Assembly: GCA_030167865.1 (NCBI GenBank)
Contig: JALAGF010000438.1
Span: forward strand, 62,001-126,000
Origin: Craspedostauros australis
Lineage: Eukaryota
Length of the DNA: 64,000 bases
Reading direction: 5' to 3'
Part shown: positions 57,677 through 64,000 of the stretch, in pieces
How the letters are laid out: every line of letters begins with the position of its first letter
Numbering within the stretch: position 1 is the stretch's first letter
Notes under the pieces: generated by a model
Told to the model about the DNA's origin: nothing
What the model saw: only the letters and a program-made list of their open reading frames with translations
Database searches by the model: none
Program-made: the position numbers and the translations under genes

Positions 57677-60202
57677 TCAAGCTGCGCGATCGTCATCTGC
57701 CAGATCACCCATCTGCTGCAGGATGGTCTTGACTGGCCCAGCGTGAACGCCACTGGCATCCACCGACTCCATCATGTTCGCCAGCACGTGGGCCTTCTCC
57801 GCGAGCTCGGCTCGAACTTCAGGATCGATACCAGCGGCATTATCGTTGTTCACATCGCCTTCAGTTGGGATGTCGTACCGCCGTGATTCCGTCTCTTCGC
57901 GAAGCTCGGCATCCATCGCGTCCATGATACCCGCCAACGAGGATGACGGAGCTTCTCCGTCATCTTGTTCGCCGTCGTCATCATCATCGTCGTCCACCAT
58001 CAAATTGAAGTCCTCATCGTAAAAGTACTCATCGCCTGCATTGGCTTTGGCTGCACTGGTGTTGTTGTTGTTGTTGCTGGACGAGGAGAGGACGAGCAGA
58101 TCCTTCTCATCTCCTTTCAGCACGGTGTGGACGAGGTTCAACATGACTCTGGGGTTGAGCGAGAAGTTATCTGACTGAGTGGCATCGCCTCTGAGCTGTC
58201 CAGGTTGGGCCGAAGATCCTCCCGAGTTGGATGGATTGCAACCATCGCTCTTCTGTTCCTTATCCTCTTCCTCCTCCTCTCCTACCACTTCAATGATCGG
58301 CGATTTCTTCTGCTGCTTTGTTACTGCGGGCCCATCCTGAGATCCAACACCTTCGAAACCGCTGGATTCGACCATGAAGTCTTGGAATTTGCCAAGCATC
58401 GCGTTCAGACCATTCGGGTTTTCACCGTCGAGCATTGCACCGCTGTCGCCGGTCACCTTGGGATTTTGCATGTCGCTTCCCTTCAGCATGCCGCTACCGA
58501 AGGCGCCAGATGCCGCGGCATCCTTGAGATTCTGCTCAATGTCCATCCAGGCTTCGTCGGTGTCGACTTCTGTCGCTCGTGGCATCAAATACTTTTCAGA
58601 CATGCTGTCATCTTGCTCATCCCCAGACGTATTCCCAGATTGAGTATTGCGCTCGCTCATCCCGCTGCGTAGCTGTTGCGAAAGCGTTGTGTCCGGGTGC
58701 GAATGCAACGTTAGATTGTCCTTTTCATCGAAGAAGACCGGGCATTTGAGGATCGGCTCAATGTTGACGCTGGCGTTGTTGGGGCCCTGCTGGAATGCTG
58801 TCATGATCCAGTTCAGGTCGCCGCCGATGGTGCTGGAAGCAACGATGCTGGGGCTGCATTCCTTGCTGATCACGGACCAGTTGGCCACACGCTGTTCCAT
58901 GCTGGCCTTCTTCGATGGACATTGATCAGCCTTGCGCTCTGTGCTCCCGCTCGTTGCTTCATCACCCGAAACAGCGCGGTTGTCGCTTTTGTCCTCGACA
59001 GAATTCACGTTGGTCGCGCTTGCGGAGGATGACACCGTCGCTGGCGATTTTCTGGTGAGCAGTCGGTCCAGCCCCACCGTGAGACGAACTCCCATTTGCA
59101 AGGCATGGTTCAAATGTGGCGTTGCCTCCATGGAACATTGGCGCTTGTACCGTTTGACCTCGACGCTGAGCGGCTTGATGGGTATGCAATTCTCAGATTC
59201 CCACACCGGTGATTCCATGGTTCGCAGCATGGCGTACGTGGTGCGCGTGAAGGGATGCGTCGTCCACACCCAATCCTGGTACTTCTCAAAAAATCCCTGC
59301 GTGCTGGAATCTTCTGTATCATTCGCCACGGGCAGGCGCATGGTGCTGCAGAAGGATCCAGCCATAGTGTTGATCAGATCGGGCCGTTGATCCATGAGAC
59401 GAGCGAGCGAACGCGGCACGACCAGCGGCGTTTTGTGGGTTTCGGAGGCTCGTTGACCGACGATATGCAGCCATCTCCGCATGCCTTCGTTCAATTTCGT
59501 CGGCACATTGAGTGAGGATGCGGCAGAGTCATTCAATGCCGAGATGGCATGCGGAAGCGTTGCGTGCGGTTCCTTGATGAGCTTGATCTGGCCATGATGA
59601 ATCCAACAGGCATGCCGGTGTTGATCGGAAGAGCTTTGATCGAACCAGTCCGGCACATGCTCCGCCATCTGAATCAACATGACCTGGCCATCATCCAGAT
59701 CCCAGCACGAGATGGCCAGGCTGGAGGCAGGTTCGAAGTCCTGTCGGTTGGTCATCTGCACCATCAAGCGGATGGCCATCCATTCATCGAGCACGTTGGC
59801 TCCGTAAGTGCAGATCGCGCGCAGGTGAGGGATGCCCTGCGTCACGTGGATACCAAAGACCGGGCCATCCCCACCGATGATCCATGAAAACGGAACGTCC
59901 GTTGATGGCTTGGAAACGGCTTGATGCAGGAACTCGTTGCATTTCTTCGCCAGATTCGCGTACTGTAGCAGCACTTCTGGCGTGTTGTAATTGCGACCCT
60001 TGTGAGGTGCACTGTCATTCCCGCCAACGGCAACGTCGAGCAGGTAGACATCCAGAAGAACGGCGTTGTAATTCCCACCTGCTGCTCCTGCTGCTGCCAC
60101 CAGCGATGGCGTTGCTCCGGAAGACTGCTGATTGCTGTTTTGATTCTCATGCTGTTCTCGTTGATGGCGTAATGCCTCCTCAAGCAGAGATCCTGCCTCC
60201 AT
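57677..60202 (-). CDS. ECD: Ecdysoneless (ECD/hSGT1) family protein, 841 aa
   Basis: YGANVLDEWMAIRL, WDLDDGQVMLIQMAEHVPDW, WIHHGQIKLI, FTRTTYAML, DTDEAWM, SGFEGV, MDAMDAEL and NMMES...AGPV correspond to SGT1/ECD motifs. Confidence 0.85.
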   Translation of the reverse strand: MEAGSLLEEALRHQREQHENQNSNQQSSGATPSLVAAAGAAGGNYNAVLLDVYLLDVAVGGNDSAPHKGRNYNTPEVLLQYANLAKKCNEFLHQAVSKPSTDVPFSWIIGGDGPVFGIHVTQGIPHLRAICTYGANVLDEWMAIRLMVQMTNRQDFEPASSLAISCWDLDDGQVMLIQMAEHVPDWFDQSSSDQHRHACWIHHGQIKLIKEPHATLPHAISALNDSAASSLNVPTKLNEGMRRWLHIVGQRASETHKTPLVVPRSLARLMDQRPDLINTMAGSFCSTMRLPVANDTEDSSTQGFFEKYQDWVWTTHPFTRTTYAMLRTMESPVWESENCIPIKPLSVEVKRYKRQCSMEATPHLNHALQMGVRLTVGLDRLLTRKSPATVSSSASATNVNSVEDKSDNRAVSGDEATSGSTERKADQCPSKKASMEQRVANWSVISKECSPSIVASSTIGGDLNWIMTAFQQGPNNASVNIEPILKCPVFFDEKDNLTLHSHPDTTLSQQLRSGMSERNTQSGNTSGDEQDDSMSEKYLMPRATEVDTDEAWMDIEQNLKDAAASGAFGSGMLKGSDMQNPKVTGDSGAMLDGENPNGLNAMLGKFQDFMVESSGFEGVGSQDGPAVTKQQKKSPIIEVVGEEEEEDKEQKSDGCNPSNSGGSSAQPGQLRGDATQSDNFSLNPRVMLNLVHTVLKGDEKDLLVLSSSSNNNNNTSAAKANAGDEYFYDEDFNLMVDDDDDDDGEQDDGEAPSSSLAGIMDAMDAELREETESRRYDIPTEGDVNNDNAAGIDPEVRAELAEKAHVLANMMESVDASGVHAGPVKTILQQMGDLADDDRAA

Positions 60203-61244
60203 TTTGCGCTACGCTGATTGCTGACTGTTAATGGCTGGATGTGGAGTGTCTCGTCGATGAGCGGTCGATCAGGAGTCGATCACGAGCGCAGACACGTGAG
60301 GGCAGGTTGGAAGATGGTGGGTAGTCATGCGTGTAGCTCATAGAAGCCATGAAATTCCTCACAGAAGTCGCAGCGCCACCACTCCGGCTTGTGCCACTGA
60401 GGGTCAATTGTGATGGATGGAACACGGTATTTACGCTTTCACTTTGGCGCCATTTCTTGTGCGTCCGGAGGAAACTTGGGTGATGGTGACTCGACGGATC
60501 GCATCACTCATTGACTACTCAGACTAAGAACCACCACCGATCCGTGATTTCAAACCTCGCCCCCAACCACAGCCCCCAATTTAAGTCTCTAATCACCCCA
60601 AAGAAACCAATGCGCGCGCCTTCCCCCCACTTTTTCAACCATGGATGTGGCCGTTGGGAATTCTGTCATTCGACAATCAACCGGACATGCTGTTCCTGTG
60701 TGGCGACAGTTGTGGCGGTTGTTGCGGTTGCAGCGGTTGTGGCCGTTGTGGTTTCTCCTTTCCCCTTGACACCGCGTCCATGTTGTCCTCTTCCTTGTGG
60801 GTTGGCTGTCGTGACAGTTACGGATAGAGCACTCTGAGGTTGACTCTCCATGCCTCGGCAGTAGCAGTTCCCAACAATTGGTACGCGCAGATTGGCATCC
60901 ACTCCGAGTGTTGGCATCATCCTCATCATCATCCCGAAGCTGAAGCTGAGGCTGAACGAAACCAAGAGGTCATCCTTGCCACCAGAACCAAAGCACATGT
61001 ACATCTGCAACGACGACCACGACGACGACAACAACTCCAACATCATTCAGCCAAGCACAGCCATCATCAAGCGCGACTTCCCACCCAAGAGCATCTTTCA
61101 AACGATACAGCGACCTCCAACCGACAACTTCAACGACACCTTGCCTGTCTCTAACCAACACTTGCTGCGAAGGCACAGATATCAAATACATACTCCAACT
61201 CTGTACTAGCACACACACACACACGCCCACACACACACACGACA

Positions 61245-62087
61245 ATGTCCTCGAAAGAGCGGGTGACGACGACCTTCCGGATCATCTCGGTGGTGCTCTA
61301 CATTGTGAGTAATATCCGAGGACCCTGCATGGCAGAGTATTGTCTGCGCGGCATTGCGGTGAACTAAGATCTTGCGTCCTGGTCGGACCGTGGAACCACA
61401 TCCCCGTGCTTTCATGGCGTCGAGTGTCATTGTTGATGACAACGACCAAGGTGGACGCAATGCAATTGCTCGCAATGAGATATCCCATGCATGTCTCGCT
61501 TCTTGCGCGGATCTTCCTCAACCGCATTCACCCATCGGACTCATCCTTTCTGAACATCGCTTCCTTGCTCTCATCCCAACGGACCACATACTCGCACATA
61601 TAATACGATGTTGGTTCTCCATTCTTTCCATTGGACTCAACATCCATCTTCCAATACTCTCCTGCCAAACCAACCGCAGCTCAATATAGTGGTCGCAGTT
61701 CACTTCACCTATCACCATCCGGTGTACCTGCACATTGTTATCACCGGGCTGATCACCGTATCATCGCTGCTCATGCTGTGCGTGTGTTTGCAGGCACCGG
61801 CACCGGCAGTGGCGAGGCTGGAGAACTCAAGGCTTGGAGAAACACTGTTCACATTTCGTGGTCGATACATGATGGATCTGCTTTGTGCCATGTTCCTCTT
61901 CGGACTGGGTTCGTGGGGCGTTCTGATGTGCATCGCGACGTTGGTCGTCATCTTCGGAATTCGATTCGTTGGGGTGAAGCAGCCGGATGCATTCAATGAT
62001 ATCTTCCGACAAAGCGACATCGAATCGCAATCCCGCAGCGATTCCTACACCATGGAGGGAACGTTCGACACTGCGCTGTCAAAGTAA
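61245..62087 (+). CDS. Small multi-pass membrane protein, COPI-associated/TVP15-like, 155 aa
   Basis: Exon 1 is 61245-61304 (MSSKERVTTTFRIISVVLYI|gtgagt) and exon 2 is 61680-62087. About 4 TM segments. LFTFRGRYMMDLLCAMFLFGLG resembles the FLxxxxGRxxF motif of the family. The family call is tentative. Confidence 0.6.
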
Positions 62088-63666
62088 TGCCCAGCCACTT
62101 CCGCATCATCGAGCGCAAAGTTGAGGCGGCGGGGAAGATTCGACTCCGCTCATTTGATCTCGAACTGGATTGGATTGGATTGGATTAGGTCAGGGTGTGA
62201 TCGGGTGGATGTAGCAGCGTGCGTTCGTGCGTGCGCGCGCCTATTATATGTACTATATTAATAAGAGTGGATAGATCAGTGGACGACGAAGTGAATGATA
62301 CAGTGAATGGTAGTGACGGGTTGGCGGACCATCGAGATGCACCCTGTGGCGCTTGTTTCGTATGAAGCATAAACCAATCGAGAACGAGGCAGGTGGAGAA
62401 GACAGAGTCATCAACGAACATGAATCATTTGACAATGAGATGAGGCAAGAACGACCGTGGCTGCCCATCTTCAGGCACGACACGGCAGTGTAACGAAAAA
62501 CTGTGCGCTCCTCCAGACTGCAGCAAGAGTGTGAACGAAGCAATCAACTATCAACCAACCAATGTCCCACATCCTCACGCATTCAGCAACGTTGTGCACG
62601 CACACTGTGCAAACCTGAGAGAGCTGGGCGCAGTTATGGACGGATTGATGGAACTGAACGCTTCATTTCACAAGACGTGCGATGTGACCATCGGTATCTC
62701 CTTTCCTGCATGGTCATGTTGGATGAGCAGATCAAGTCCAACGACACATGCGACAGGGAGAAGAGGAAGTGCACTCATCTGAAGCAAGTCGTGCCGCCAA
62801 GGTACGCAGCCTGCTCAAATGGCAGCGCCAACATACAAGATGCAAGATTGTATGGTGCGAGAACAAAGCGGTTCCTGTGGACAGGTGCGCGCAAGCTCGA
62901 ACCCAGCGAGGGGCAAAGCCGACGAAACACAAGAGGACGCAACAAAGAAACAGTCAAACTCGGAGGAGTGAAGCTGGGATGTCATCGCCGCTCTCCAACA
63001 AACGCTTCGCGTGGCATCGATCGGCGATTCTTAAAGTACATTAGCACACTCCACAAGTTGCTGCAGAAGTGTTGCAATGCGCTCTATCTCATGTATTATA
63101 CTATTGTAGATGATCCAGACCACTGTATGTATTATACCACATAGGGTACATCTGGCATGATCCTTCATCGTGACCATCATGCTCTTCCTCTCTCCAAGCA
63201 GGGTGAGAATATCCCTCCTCTCTGAACAAGGTAGGGTACTGCTATATATTATATGTGGAGCAGAATGGGTCGTAAGGCGCTCCTGCCTGTCCTCTTCTTG
63301 TGTTGGGGGTCGCCAACTTGAGTCGAAGTAGTCATCTATACATGGAACGGGTCATTTTCGCGCTCGTCGAGAGAGATGGCGAAAACGCAAAAATCCAACG
63401 CTCTCTGCACATCTCGCGCTGGTGGCAATACTGCTCGTGGGACTACGAGCTACAGCCAATACGCGTGCTGCGCGACAGCAACGCGCAGCGTGGACACACA
63501 CGGAGCGCGCGAAGCATGGCGCGATCTGCTGATAGATTGTGCCATCCTCACCAAGAGAGCTCCTCGGCCACTGTGGCGACAATTCTCTCCTCAACCTCGT
63601 GATCCAATCGCAGCAATAGAGAAGCATTATAATTTTATATTGCAGAGCACTCTCCCTCCAGAGAGA

Positions 63667-63730
63667 ATCAGAGGCATCAGAGGCATCAGAGGCATCGAAG
63701 ACAGCGAAGACAGCGAAGACAGCCAAGACA
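63667..63730. repeat. Adjacent 9-bp tandem repeats (ATCAGAGGC)x3 and (GAAGACAGC)x~3
   Basis: atcagaggcatcagaggcatcagaggcatc followed by gaagacagcgaagacagcgaagacagccaagac. Confidence 0.85.
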
Positions 63731-63881
63731 ACAGGTGGTTGGAGATCGTCGAGTGCACATTCAGGACGTCTCGCTGAGGAGGGGAGTCGGCGATATCGCT
63801 TCGTCTGGAATTGCGACCGCAGCCCAAATCAAGAGCTCGTGCCAGCATCCCACAACGGCGGCTCGTGGAAGTATCATATTG

Positions 63882-63911
63882 GTGTTATATAGTGTTATAT
63901 AGTGTTATATA
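63882..63911. repeat. 10-bp tandem repeat (GTGTTATATA) x3
   Basis: Three perfect copies read directly. Confidence 0.9.
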
Positions 63912-64000
63912 ATAGAATATAATACATCATTGCCCAGGGAAAGGCGACTTGGCTGAACCATGACGAGTGCATTGCCAGCGTCGGCTTCCTCAGGAGCCAT

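Noticed and set aside
60645..60827. Cys/Gly-rich mini-ORF (CGDSCGGCCGCSGCGRCG) resembling a metallothionein
   Set aside because: It arises from a gttg(t/c)gg(c/t)-type simple repeat in the ECD/COPI-like divergent spacer, and the Cys pattern is confined to that repeat.
63667..63911. Short tandem repeats considered as a CRISPR array or telomere
   Set aside because: Units are 9-10 bp with no spacers, there are only three copies, they are not TTAGGG-like, and the context is eukaryotic.
1..64000. Selenoprotein read-through, tRNA, rRNA or intact transposon
   Set aside because: All ORF breaks in recognised genes are explained by canonical GT-AG introns. I saw no RT, integrase or transposase motifs, terminal repeats or cloverleafs by eye, and did not run covariance-model searches.

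Overview
Gene-dense eukaryotic nuclear DNA with GT-AG introns and microsatellite-rich UTRs and introns. It is most consistent with a diatom or other stramenopile with a complex red plastid, based on a signal-peptide-bearing Cdc48 and a DGDG synthase. I reconstructed 24 protein-coding genes by reading splice sites by eye, and the exon lengths of all complete spliced models sum to multiples of 3. In order: a 3'-truncated metallo-beta-lactamase (MBL)-fold putative cyclic-nucleotide phosphodiesterase, LYR protein, COG6, anoctamin, a VHL-beta-like/prolyl-4-hydroxylase fusion, AQR, GET4, eIF3f, SEH1, a twin-CX9C protein whose key exon is missing from the ORF track, TLC-domain protein, VIT1/CCC1, TAF9, FUN14, RPS17, PIG-B, FBXO9-like, DNAJB12-like, a TspO-like membrane protein, a SELMA-type Cdc48, DGDG synthase, DUF2009, Ecdysoneless and a COPI-associated-like protein. 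I found no rRNA, tRNA, CRISPR array or intact mobile element. The best novelty candidates are (1) a secreted protein joining a VHL-like domain with an apparently conserved hydroxyproline pocket to a prolyl hydroxylase, (2) the MBL-type phosphodiesterase with a long polyQ N-terminus, and (3) the head-to-head Cdc48/DGDG synthase pair. Family assignments come from motif recognition and recall, not from database searches.
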